From contig CAXNJO010000011.1 of assembly GCA_964202905.1 (NCBI GenBank), positions 1-64,000 on the forward strand: a stretch of DNA of 64,000 nucleotides, read 5' to 3'. The position numbers were made by a program, and so were the translations under genes. This document shows, piece after piece, positions 1 to 13,130 of the stretch (its first letter is position 1; each line of letters opens with the position of its first letter). The notes under the pieces are model-generated. The model did not search any database. It was not told the DNA's origin and saw only the letters and a program-made list of their open reading frames with translations. This DNA comes from Polyangiales bacterium (lineage in GTDB: Bacteria; Myxococcota_A; Polyangia; Polyangiales; JADJQN01).

Positions 1-1571
<1,571 letters not shown>

Positions 1572-1910
1572 GCACGCCGCAAGTGCTCACGCGCCCCGGC
1601 CCCGCCAGCTTCGTGGCCGACCGTGCCCCGCGAGCGATCTCGCGCCGCGGACGGCCACGTCGATGAGGTTGCGCAGCGCGAAACCACCGATCGCCTTGCT
1701 ACCTCGGGACGTGGGCTCCACGCGGCCCGCGACACACGGTCATCGTTGCGAATCCTGCAACACACGCGGTGGGCCGCCCAAACGGTCATCTGCGCCGCCA
1801 CCGCGCCACGGGGCGCCAGCGAGCGATGGCCTGTCACCACGCCAACCGCTGCCAACCCGCGAGGAGGTCGCCGACCCGAGAGACGGCCGCGACCCGGATA
1901 CGACCCGTAC

Positions 1911-1950
1911 AAACGAGAAAGGCCGCCCGCATCGCTGCAGGCGGCCTCTC
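1911..1950 (-). terminator. Rho-independent terminator downstream of lon
   Basis: Minus strand AGGCCGCCTGCA-GCGA-TGCGGGCGGCCT (one G-U pair, GNRA loop) followed by TTCTCGTTT, ~75 nt after the lon stop. Confidence 0.75.
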
Positions 1951-2022
1951 CGTGGACCCCGTGACCCGTGTGCCGCTCACGCCCTCGGCGCGGTCAGCGT
2001 GACGGTCGCGGGATGGGCGCGT

Positions 2023-4447
<2,425 letters not shown>

Positions 4448-4712
4448 GAGCTCCTCGGTGGGGCGATGCGAAGTCCCCGGTTTCGAACGTGGTGCGCCCG
4501 AGCTCGCGAGAGCCTGATGCGACCGCTGGCGGAACATAGTCACACGGCCGATCCATCGCAAGGCATGCAGCGTGCCGCGGACGCGATGAAAACCGGGCGT
4601 GCGCGCGCCTCGACGGGTGTGCGCGCGGGGTGTCCCGGGAGGCCGTGATCGTCACGCGCCTCACGTCGCCATTCGACGCGCCGCGCGCAAGGGGGGCACG
4701 CCGAACAGCCGG

Positions 4713-6542
4713 TCAGCGCGGGAGCGGCGAGACCCACGGACCGCGCCGCTCGAACACCCACACCGGCATGTGATCGAAGTCGACGCTCAGCGTCTCGGCC
4801 CCGCGCTCGTCGAAGCGGAGCGGCCCGAGATGCGGCGTCGCGTCGAAGGTCGCGACGAGCGTGTACGCGGTCTCGCCCGCGAAGAGCGCGCGGTAGAGCC
4901 AGGCCTGCCCTGCGGCCCGCGCGCGCGCGGCGGGGTGCAGCGCGCGCCGCAAATAGAAGTCGCCGACGACGAGGAAGCGCGCGTCACGCAGGCGCGCGTC
5001 GACGTGCGCGGGGACGTCGTGCGGCGCGAGTGGGCGGTCCCAGAGCCGCCGGATCCGCAGGCCCTGCGGGAAGGGAGCGCTCGGGTCGAGGCCGATGCGA
5101 TCGGCGTCTTCGCCGAGCGGCGCGGTGTAGGCGGACTCGGGCTCGGTGACGACGACGTCTCCGGGCGCGACGTGCGCAGCGAGCCAGCGCGACGCGGCGA
5201 CGCGCGGATCGGGGCGCGTGAACACGAGCGCGAACGCCGTGCCGAAGGACAGCGTGTGCACGAGCACGAGCGCCGCCAGCGCGGGCAGCGCACGGGCGGG
5301 GCCGCGGCGGGCCGGGCGCGCGAGCCAGCGCGCGAGCAGGGCGCCGCCCGCGAGCAGCAGCCCGGGGACGCAGGGCAGCGCGTAGCGGATGGTCTTCACG
5401 CCCCAACTGCCGACGAGCAGGAAGGTCGGCACCACCGCGGCGAGCGCCATCACGTCGAGGGCGCGGCGGCGCGAGAGCCCCCGCGCGAGGCCGAGCGCGC
5501 ACACGCCGAGCAGCGGCCCACCGAGCGCGTACGAGAGCACGGGCGTCGCGACGTAGAGCCAGCGCGGCGTGTCGTGGTAGGTGAAGCGCCAGTCCTCGAA
5601 GGGGTAGTCGGTGTCGCGGTACTGCGAGCGCAGCACCTCCGCGCCGCTGCGGTTTCCCGGCACGTCGAAGTAGAGCTCGGGCACGGTGAAAGGCCACGGA
5701 CAGACGAGGAAGTACACGAGCACCGCGCACGCGAGGGCGACGAGCAGGCGCGGCGAGAGCGGCGTCGCCGCCCAGCGCAGCGCGGGCGACGTGCGCAGGC
5801 GCGCGGCGAGGCGCGGCGCAGCGTCGGCGCGCCAGAGCGGGCCGGAGGCGAGCGCGGCCGGGAGCACCGCGCCGAGCAGCGCGCCGCTCATCTTGGTGCC
5901 GAGGATCGCGCCGAGCGCGAGGCCGGCGTACACCGCGCTGCCGAGGCCGCCGCCGGTCGCGAGCCGCGCCGCGGCGTGCAGGAGCAGCGCGATCTCGACG
6001 AGGACGAGGCTGTCGGTGGTGAAGTAGTGGCTCGCCTGCAGGAGCCCCACGCACGCCGCGCTGCATACGGCGGTGACCGCGCCGGCGGCGGCGCCCTCGA
6101 GGCGCCACGCCGCGAGCGCGAGCAGCAGCACGGCGAGGCTCGCCGCGAGCGCGCCGGCGACGCGGAGCGCGTGCGCCCACGCAGCCCACGAAAACGAGGC
6201 CTCGGAGCCCTCGGCGCCGAACGCGCCCATCGTGTAGGACCACGCGTCCGGGTAGCGCGCGGCGACCTCGGCCGCGTGGGCGCGTCCGCCGAAGAGCGCC
6301 CACTTGAGGAGCACCCCGGACTCGTAGAGCAGCGGGCCGTAGGTCGTCGTGCGCGGGCGCCAATCGTCCTGCCGCAGCGCGCGCCACTCGACGGCCGCGA
6401 CCTCCCAGAGCACGAAGCCTTTTTCGTCGACGTGCAGCAGATAGGGCAGCCCCCAGCCCGCCGAGCCCACGCGCGCGACGCCGCCGACGACCACCGAGGC
6501 CGCGACGACGAGGGCGCAGAGCGCGGTCGCGCGGCGGCTCAC
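4713..6542 (-). CDS. GT-C fold (ArnT/PMT/GT39-like) membrane glycosyltransferase
   Basis: First-loop WGLPYLLHVDE motif, SHYFTTDS, LGTK, many TM helices, periplasmic C-terminal domain ending DFDHMPVWVFER. GTG start overlaps upstream TGA. Confidence 0.75.
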   Translation of the reverse strand: MSRRATALCALVVAASVVVGGVARVGSAGWGLPYLLHVDEKGFVLWEVAAVEWRALRQDDWRPRTTTYGPLLYESGVLLKWALFGGRAHAAEVAARYPDAWSYTMGAFGAEGSEASFSWAAWAHALRVAGALAASLAVLLLALAAWRLEGAAAGAVTAVCSAACVGLLQASHYFTTDSLVLVEIALLLHAAARLATGGGLGSAVYAGLALGAILGTKMSGALLGAVLPAALASGPLWRADAAPRLAARLRTSPALRWAATPLSPRLLVALACAVLVYFLVCPWPFTVPELYFDVPGNRSGAEVLRSQYRDTDYPFEDWRFTYHDTPRWLYVATPVLSYALGGPLLGVCALGLARGLSRRRALDVMALAAVVPTFLLVGSWGVKTIRYALPCVPGLLLAGGALLARWLARPARRGPARALPALAALVLVHTLSFGTAFALVFTRPDPRVAASRWLAAHVAPGDVVVTEPESAYTAPLGEDADRIGLDPSAPFPQGLRIRRLWDRPLAPHDVPAHVDARLRDARFLVVGDFYLRRALHPAARARAAGQAWLYRALFAGETAYTLVATFDATPHLGPLRFDERGAETLSVDFDHMPVWVFERRGPWVSPLPR

Positions 6543-7987
6543 CAAGGCTGCGTGACCCTCATCACCACGGCGAGCAGGGCCTGCGCGAGGGCGAGCGCGG
6601 GCAGCAATCCGGCGCGCGGTTCGACGTGCGAGCGCGCGCGCAACCCGCCCGCGACGGCGAGCGAGAGGAACGGGATCAGGAACATCCAGAGGCGCGCGAC
6701 TTCGTTGGTACCTTGGAAGATGGCAAGCGCTGCGAGCGTCGCGGTCACGCCGAGCGACCACGACGACGGTGCGACGAGCTCCCGGCGGGCGAGGGAGAGC
6801 GCGGACCGCATGATTTCCGCGGCGAAGGCGAGCGCGAGCGGGACGCCCGCGTAGAGCGCGAACTCGACGAGCGACAGCGCCCGCCAGAGGCGCGTCGGCA
6901 CGAACGCCTTCCACTCGGTGTGCAGCGCGAGGGCGCGCCCGTAGCGGAGCAGCGGGGCGTAGCGGAGCGCGACGACGAGCGCGGCGGTCGCGGCCACGGC
7001 CGCACCGAGGAAGAGCGCGGCGTGCCAGAGCGGACGCGCCGCGCGGGTGAGCGGCTGGTGGTGCGCGAGGCGCTCGGCGCTCACGACGAGCGCGCAACCC
7101 ACGCCGAGACCGACGACGGGCAGCAGCCCGAACGTGCAGTACGCCCCGATCGCGGCGAGCGCGCCGCCCGCCAGCGACGCCGTGGCCCGCCCTCGCCGCG
7201 CGCCGATCGCGGCGAGGGCGACGGCGCTCGTGCCGAGCAGCGGGAAGAGCGCGCCGTCGAGGTGCAGCGTGATGAGGAGCGCCGCTGGCGAGGTGATCCA
7301 CAGCACCGCGGCGTCGTAGCCCACGCGGGCGTCGTGCAGCAGCGCGCGCCCGAGCGCGACGAGCGGCAGGATCGTGAGGAAGGTGAGCAGCGGGAAGAGC
7401 GCGAAGGCGAGCGCGGCCGTCGGCGCGACGGCGACGACGGGGGAGCGCCGCGCGCGGACGACGAGCGGGGCGAGGGCGTCGTGCACGGGCTGCGTGTGGG
7501 CGAGCGCGTCGAGCGCGAGGTAGGCCGCGAGCGTGCCGGGCGGCTTCGAGCGCGCGAACGAGCCGAGCTCGCCGCGCTCGCAGAGGGCCTCGTAGTCGCG
7601 CAGCGTCTCGAGCGCGCGTCCGCGGCGCGCGTCGGCGATGCGCAGGTACTCGCCGTGCCCCTCGTGAAGACGCCGCCAGACCGAGTCGAGACGGTCGGGC
7701 GCGAGGTACAGGAGGGCGACCTGCAGGAGGGTACCGACGAGCACGAGCGTGGCGAGCGCGCGCGCGTGTCGACCGGCGTCGGCGGCGCGCAGGGCCGCTG
7801 TGACCGCGAAGGGCGCGAGCGCGGCGAGGACGACCGCGCCCGCCACGCCGAGCGAGCCGTGCGCCTGCGCCCGATAGAACCAGCCGGGCTGCGCGTTCAG
7901 GCCCGGCAGGCCTGCGGCGAAGAACGCCGCGGCGCCGACGCCCGCGACCACGACGAGCGCAGCCGGGAGACGGCTCGCGCGGCTCAC
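6539..7987 (-). CDS. Polytopic membrane protein, GT-C-like glycosyltransferase
   Basis: ~10 hydrophobic segments, SKPPG motif, HLDGALF and EVARLWMFL; GTGA overlap with upstream gene. Confidence 0.6.
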   Translation of the reverse strand: MSRASRLPAALVVVAGVGAAAFFAAGLPGLNAQPGWFYRAQAHGSLGVAGAVVLAALAPFAVTAALRAADAGRHARALATLVLVGTLLQVALLYLAPDRLDSVWRRLHEGHGEYLRIADARRGRALETLRDYEALCERGELGSFARSKPPGTLAAYLALDALAHTQPVHDALAPLVVRARRSPVVAVAPTAALAFALFPLLTFLTILPLVALGRALLHDARVGYDAAVLWITSPAALLITLHLDGALFPLLGTSAVALAAIGARRGRATASLAGGALAAIGAYCTFGLLPVVGLGVGCALVVSAERLAHHQPLTRAARPLWHAALFLGAAVAATAALVVALRYAPLLRYGRALALHTEWKAFVPTRLWRALSLVEFALYAGVPLALAFAAEIMRSALSLARRELVAPSSWSLGVTATLAALAIFQGTNEVARLWMFLIPFLSLAVAGGLRARSHVEPRAGLLPALALAQALLAVVMRVTQPW

Positions 7988-8892
7988 TGGAGCTCGACCT
8001 CGGCGAGGCCCCCGCCCGCGCCGTGCCACGCGTCGACGTGCACCTCGACGCGCGTCACGCCGCGCCCGGCGAGCGGGAGCGTCCGCGCGGCCGGGCCGGC
8101 GATGTCGGCCCCGAGACCCGCGGCGAGCCCGGCGTCGAGCCCCCGTGGTGCCCGCGCCGGGAGCGTGCTGATCGCTTCGTTGAGCGCGTGGCGACCGCGC
8201 AGCAGCCTCACGCGGATCCGCGCCACGCCGCGCAGCGGCTGCGCCGTCACCGGCTGGACGAGGGTGATCGCGCGTACGTCGCGCGGGGGAGCGAGGTCGA
8301 TCGTCAGCGCGCCGACGCTGCGATCGGGGAGCAGCCACGCGGTGGCGGGGTCGCCGTCCACCGCCCGCGCGGGGCCGAAGAAATCGCTCGCGGCGAGGGT
8401 CGCGGTGGCGGTCGCGGTGGGCGCGTGAGGGCGGTACAGCGCGACGGCGCAGACGGCGACGAGCCCGCACCAGGCCGCGACGCCGCGCCGCACGAGGCGT
8501 GCCCGGCGCGCGTCGGGCGTCTCGGCGGCGCGCAGCCAGCGATGCTCCGCGCGGCGGCGTGCGCGCAGCAGCGGCAGCACGAGCGCGTCGCGCGACGCGG
8601 CGTCGAGGTGCTCCGCGCCCCGCGCGGCCTCGAGCCAGCGCGCGGCGTCAGCCTCGGCGGGGGACGCGGCCGGGCGCATCGACGAGTCGGACTGGGGCGT
8701 GGTCGAGGCGGCGGTGCGCGTGGCTGCGGGCAACGCGGTCGCGGACCCGGCCGTCGCTGAGAGCGTGCGCGCGAGCGCGTCGCCCGGGCGCGGACGAGCG
8801 CCTCCGCGCGCACCGCGGAGCCAGAGCACTTCGGCCGCTGCGTGCGCCTGGCGGGCCTGCGCGATCGCGTCACGCGCGTCGGGCGTTGGCAT
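7984..8892 (-). CDS. Single-pass membrane protein with C-terminal discoidin/F5-8-like domain (paralog 1)
   Basis: TM segment then FGPARAVDGDPATAWLLPD...PPRDVRAITL...GGGLAEVEL. Confidence 0.7.
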   Translation of the reverse strand: MPTPDARDAIAQARQAHAAAEVLWLRGARGGARPRPGDALARTLSATAGSATALPAATRTAASTTPQSDSSMRPAASPAEADAARWLEAARGAEHLDAASRDALVLPLLRARRRAEHRWLRAAETPDARRARLVRRGVAAWCGLVAVCAVALYRPHAPTATATATLAASDFFGPARAVDGDPATAWLLPDRSVGALTIDLAPPRDVRAITLVQPVTAQPLRGVARIRVRLLRGRHALNEAISTLPARAPRGLDAGLAAGLGADIAGPAARTLPLAGRGVTRVEVHVDAWHGAGGGLAEVELQ

Positions 8893-8966
8893 CTCCCCGG
8901 GGCGCACGGCGCGCGAGCATGGAACGTCTGGCAGGGGGGCGCCACCTCGTGGCATGGATCGCGCCG

Positions 8967-9872
8967 ATGGACGGTCTCGCGCAGCGCCTCGTCGAGCACC
9001 TCACGCTGCGTGGCGCGATCGCGGCCGCGCACGCGGTCGATCCCTCCCTCGTCGCGCTGCGCCGCCGGGCGCTCCTCGGTGCGGCGCAGAAGCTCGCGGC
9101 CGCCGACGCGCTCCGCCCGCTCGGGCAGCGCGGCGAGGCGCTCGCGCTGGTCGTCGACGCGCTCGCGCTGCTCGCCGAGGCCGCGCGTACGGACGACACC
9201 GCGACGTCGCTCGCGGCGCTCGGTGTCGACGACGCGGGAGCGGTCGCCGAGCGGCTCGCCGCCCATCGCGCGGCGCCCGCCCGCCTCGACGCGGCGTTCT
9301 CCGGTCGCGACGAGCGGGACCACGCGATGCTTCGGGCGGCCGCGGCCATGGCGCTTCGTGGCGCGCGTCCGGCCGCGAGCACGGCGACGGAGCTGAGCGG
9401 CGTCGTGGTCTCGCGCGGGCTCGCTGCCGCAGGGCTCGGCGTCGTCGCTGTGGCCCTCGCCGTTACGCTCGCCGTGCCGCGCCCGCGCGTGCTGTTGCGG
9501 CCCTCGATCGTGCACGGTCCGGCGTACCTCGCCCCGAACGCGCGCGACGGGAACCCCGCGACGGCCTGGCTGCTCCCCGACGGGGCGACCGGCCACCTCG
9601 ATCTGCTGCTCTCGCCGCCGCGCGCGGTGCGCGCCGTGACGCTCCTCAACACGCAAAACGCCCCGTATTTCGACCGGGCGACGCGTGGCTGGGCGCTCGA
9701 ACTGTGGCGAGGCGGGGAGCGCGTCGCGGTGCGCGAGGGCGAGTGGGCGTTCTCGCGGACTCCCGAGTCTGCAGAGATTGCCATCGCGGGAGATGGCGTC
9801 GATCGCATCCGCTTCGTCGTGCGGAGCCACCACCAACTCGGCGCGGGGCTCGCGGAGATCTCGTTCCGCTGA
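8967..9872 (+). CDS. Single-pass membrane protein with C-terminal discoidin/F5-8-like domain (paralog 2; alternative start 8919)
   Basis: TM segment then ARDGNPATAWLLPD...PPRAVRAVTLLN...GAGLAEISF. Confidence 0.72.
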   Translation: MDGLAQRLVEHLTLRGAIAAAHAVDPSLVALRRRALLGAAQKLAAADALRPLGQRGEALALVVDALALLAEAARTDDTATSLAALGVDDAGAVAERLAAHRAAPARLDAAFSGRDERDHAMLRAAAAMALRGARPAASTATELSGVVVSRGLAAAGLGVVAVALAVTLAVPRPRVLLRPSIVHGPAYLAPNARDGNPATAWLLPDGATGHLDLLLSPPRAVRAVTLLNTQNAPYFDRATRGWALELWRGGERVAVREGEWAFSRTPESAEIAIAGDGVDRIRFVVRSHHQLGAGLAEISFR

Positions 9873-9890
9873 GCTGCGCCGCGCGCGGCG

Positions 9891-11957
9891 TCAGCGCTCG
9901 GCGGTGAGCTTCTCGAGGTAGACCGGGCCACCCGTGATCTCGAGGACGACCTCGTTCACGCCCACGCGCACGACGCCCTGCGGCAGCGGGATGCGCGTCG
10001 TGCCGAAGCCGCTCGGCGGCGCGTCGTAGCGACCGACGTCGACGCCGTTCCACACGACGCGAAGTTGCGGAACGGACGGCGGCGCAGCGGGTGCGGGTGG
10101 CGCCAACGGGGCGGGCGCGGGCCCCGGCGCGGACGGTGCGGGCGCGGACGGTGCGGGCGCGGGGAGGCCTGCGTCGAGCGTGGTCCCGCCATCCCGCGCG
10201 GGGGCGGCGGGGCGGAGCCCTCCGGGCACGGGCAGCGTGTCGGACGCACGCAGCGCGGCGAGTCGCGAGGCGGCCGCGAGGCGGGGCGCGCCGCCCGACC
10301 ACGAGAGCACGACCGCGCCTGCGTCGTCGGCGAAGAACGGCAGCAGCAAGCGCGCGCGGGGTGCGGTCGTCGCGCGGGCGAGCGTGCCGCGGACGCGCTC
10401 GGCCTCCTTCGCGAAGCCCTCGGCGCAATACATGTCGCCGCGCGCCCCGGTGAGGTCGGCGCCGGCCTCCACCAGACGCACGTCGCGGGTCTGGAACTCC
10501 TGGTAGAAGATGCCCATCCCGCGGAGCACGTCGAAGCGGTCGGGCGTCGTGCGGTAGCGCGCGGCGAGCGGCAGGGACCCGGGCAGCGCGAAGGGATTGC
10601 CGATGCGGGGATGGACGGCGTCCACGAGGATGTCGAAGGTCGTGCGCCAGAAGGTCGTCATCGGCGCCTCGCGGTACGTCTCGAGCTTAAAGGTCGCGAC
10701 GCCCTTCATCGCCGCACCGTTCCACATGGCCGCGAGCGCGAGCGCCGCGCCGACGGCGGTCCCCGCGAAGGCGCGCGGGCGCCGCTCGGCCCACGCGAAG
10801 AGCCATTCGAGCGTGAGCGCGATCCCGACGGCGAAGGGCAGCGCCATGTCCGTGATGCGCCGCCCCGCGAAGCCGACGGCGCCCCAGTAGTCCCACACGG
10901 CCGCGTTCACGTAGACGCTCGCCGCGACCATCAGCGCGAGCGGCAGCGCGAGGTTGCGCGTCGCGCGCCGTGCCGTGCCGAGCGCGAGTCCGACGAAGGC
11001 GAGGTAGAGCACCGGCGTCCACGAGAGCAGCCCGTTGCTGCTGCCGAAGAGGAAGCCGTCGACGAAGGGGTGCTCCCAGCGCATGTAGAAGGGGCCCTGC
11101 GGCACTGCGAGCCACGCGCCGTACGAGCGCTTCCACGCGTACATCTGCGGCGAGAACACGAGCGCGGCGACGGCGACGAAGAGCACGCCGCGCGCGACGT
11201 GCCCGGCCACCTCGCGCCAGCGCCGCCACCGCAGCGCGGGCACGGCGAGCGCGAGCCACTCGCCGAGCGGCGCGAGCACGACGATCGCGTCCTGCGGACG
11301 CATGAGCACGACGACCCCGAGGAGCGCGCCGAGCAGCAGCCAGCGTCGCCACGTGGTCGCGCCGCGCGTCGCGTCCCAACGCTCGAGAAAGAGCGCGACG
11401 GCGAAGGCGCTCGGTGCGTGCGAGTAGCTGGGCAGGATCGCAGCGTAGTAGGGCAGGGCCGTCGCGAGCCCGACCGCGAGGGCCGCGAGCAGCGCGGGCC
11501 CCTCGCCGACGCGGCGCCGCGCGACGACGAACGCGAGCACGACGGTCAGCCAGCCGGCGAGGCAGGTCACGGCCATCGCGAGCTCCGCGCGCTGCCCGGC
11601 GCACGCGTGCTCCGGGCCGCCGACGCCGAGCGCGCGTGCAGCGAGCAACGCGGGGCTCCACAAGAGCGCGGGCCCGACGGGCCACGTGTTCTGCGGCCGC
11701 AGGCCCGGCTCCTTCGGCGCGACCATGCGCCACGGATCGCCGCAGAGCGCGTAGTCGTTCGTGAGATCGAGGTCGCCGTCGTACGCGAGCGAGCGCGCCC
11801 AGAGGTACGTGTAGTGACCGTCGCCCTGCACGTGCGCCATCACGTCGGCGGAGAGCACGGTGGCGTAGAGCACGCCGAGCCCGAGCAGCGCGGCGAGCGC
11901 GGGTAGGCTGACGCGCGCCGCGCCGCGCGCGCGCGCCGCCGGGTTCGGAGACGACAT
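9891..11957 (-). CDS. GT-C fold membrane glycosyltransferase with periplasmic C-terminal domain
   Basis: GDGHYTYLWARSLAYDGDLDLTND after TM1, YSHA, RPQD, GLLSWTP, WGAVGFAGRR; many TMs; Pro/Ala linker near C-terminus. Confidence 0.75.
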   Translation of the reverse strand: MSSPNPAARARGAARVSLPALAALLGLGVLYATVLSADVMAHVQGDGHYTYLWARSLAYDGDLDLTNDYALCGDPWRMVAPKEPGLRPQNTWPVGPALLWSPALLAARALGVGGPEHACAGQRAELAMAVTCLAGWLTVVLAFVVARRRVGEGPALLAALAVGLATALPYYAAILPSYSHAPSAFAVALFLERWDATRGATTWRRWLLLGALLGVVVLMRPQDAIVVLAPLGEWLALAVPALRWRRWREVAGHVARGVLFVAVAALVFSPQMYAWKRSYGAWLAVPQGPFYMRWEHPFVDGFLFGSSNGLLSWTPVLYLAFVGLALGTARRATRNLALPLALMVAASVYVNAAVWDYWGAVGFAGRRITDMALPFAVGIALTLEWLFAWAERRPRAFAGTAVGAALALAAMWNGAAMKGVATFKLETYREAPMTTFWRTTFDILVDAVHPRIGNPFALPGSLPLAARYRTTPDRFDVLRGMGIFYQEFQTRDVRLVEAGADLTGARGDMYCAEGFAKEAERVRGTLARATTAPRARLLLPFFADDAGAVVLSWSGGAPRLAAASRLAALRASDTLPVPGGLRPAAPARDGGTTLDAGLPAPAPSAPAPSAPGPAPAPLAPPAPAAPPSVPQLRVVWNGVDVGRYDAPPSGFGTTRIPLPQGVVRVGVNEVVLEITGGPVYLEKLTAER

Positions 11958-11961
11958 CCGT

Positions 11962-13047
11962 CTACTCGAGCGCGAGCTCGGCGAGCGCGGCGCCCTCGCG
12001 GTGGAACGACTTGACGACGAAGCGCACGCGGTCGACGCCGTCGACGTCGGCGCGCACCGAGACGGGCTGCGGCGCGGGGACGAGCAGCGCGAAACGGCCC
12101 GCGAGCTTCTTCACGAGGCGCTGGCCCGCGTAGAGTTCGATCTCGTAGTCCTGCACCGCGCGGTCGTTGAACTCGCGGTTGTGGCCGTTCACGATCCGCA
12201 CGGCGCCCACGCGGCGCGGCGCTTTCAGGGTGAGTTCGAGCGCGCCGGGGGTGCGGTCGGGCAGCAGCCACTCGGTCGCCGTGTCGCCGTCCGTCACGCG
12301 ATCCGGACCGAAGATCGGGTCCCCCGCGTACACGGCCGTCGCAGTGGCGACGACCTCCGGGCCGCCCCGCAGCGCGAACCAGCCCGCGACGCCGAGCGCG
12401 CCGACCACGGCGAGGAGCCACGCGCCGCGTGCCACGCGGTGCCCGACGATCTCGCGCGCGGTGAGCACGCCCGCATCGAGCGCGGCGTCGACCGCTGCGA
12501 CCGCTTCGTCGAGCGCGCGGAAGGCGTCCGACTCGGCGCCGCCCGCGTCGCGGTTCAGCGCGGGGATGTGGAGCGCGTCGAGCGCGTCGAGCGTCGCGGC
12601 GGCCTCCTGCGCGGCGCGCGGGGCGAGGCCGAGCGCGGTGAGCCGCTGCGCGAGCAGGGAAGGCGCCGCCTGCGTCGCGTGCGCCTCCGCGTCGGTGTCG
12701 CTCGTGACGGCGTCGAGGGCGCCGGCGTCGCCCGCGGGTGCGGACGCGTCGGGCGCTGCGTCGGGCGCGGGGGCTGCGTCGGGCGCGGGCGCTGCACCGG
12801 CAGCGGCAAGCGTCGCGCCGGACGGCGGCGCGTCGAGCGCGGCCTCCCGGAAGAGCCCCGCGGCCTCGGCGAGCAGCCGCAGCGCCTCGACGGGCTGCGC
12901 CACCGACCACAGCGCTTCGGCGGCCTCGCGCTTCTGTCGCGCGCGCCGGACGAGGGCGGTGCGCGCATCGCGCTCGGGGGCGGGCTCCCTGGCGAGCGCC
13001 GCCGCGGCCTCCCGCAGCGTGAAGAACTCGGCGATCGACGAGGGCAT
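11962..13047 (-). CDS. Single-pass membrane protein with C-terminal discoidin/F5-8-like domain (paralog 3)
   Basis: TM segment then FGPDRVTDGDTATEWLLPD...APRRVGAVRIVN...GAALAELAL. Confidence 0.75.
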   Translation of the reverse strand: MPSSIAEFFTLREAAAALAREPAPERDARTALVRRARQKREAAEALWSVAQPVEALRLLAEAAGLFREAALDAPPSGATLAAAGAAPAPDAAPAPDAAPDASAPAGDAGALDAVTSDTDAEAHATQAAPSLLAQRLTALGLAPRAAQEAAATLDALDALHIPALNRDAGGAESDAFRALDEAVAAVDAALDAGVLTAREIVGHRVARGAWLLAVVGALGVAGWFALRGGPEVVATATAVYAGDPIFGPDRVTDGDTATEWLLPDRTPGALELTLKAPRRVGAVRIVNGHNREFNDRAVQDYEIELYAGQRLVKKLAGRFALLVPAPQPVSVRADVDGVDRVRFVVKSFHREGAALAELALE

Positions 13048-13130
13048 GGGCGCGCGAGGATAACGCAGCGACCGCGCGCGAGCACGGCACCCCCCGCCGC
13101 GTCGTCGGGCGCCGCGGGGCGCCCCGTGCG

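Noticed and set aside
1572..1910. Intergenic stretch with GTTGC-N7-GCAAC inverted repeat (~1745-1761) as ncRNA or operator
   Set aside because: Only a 5-bp arm, no second copy noticed, no recognisable RNA family.
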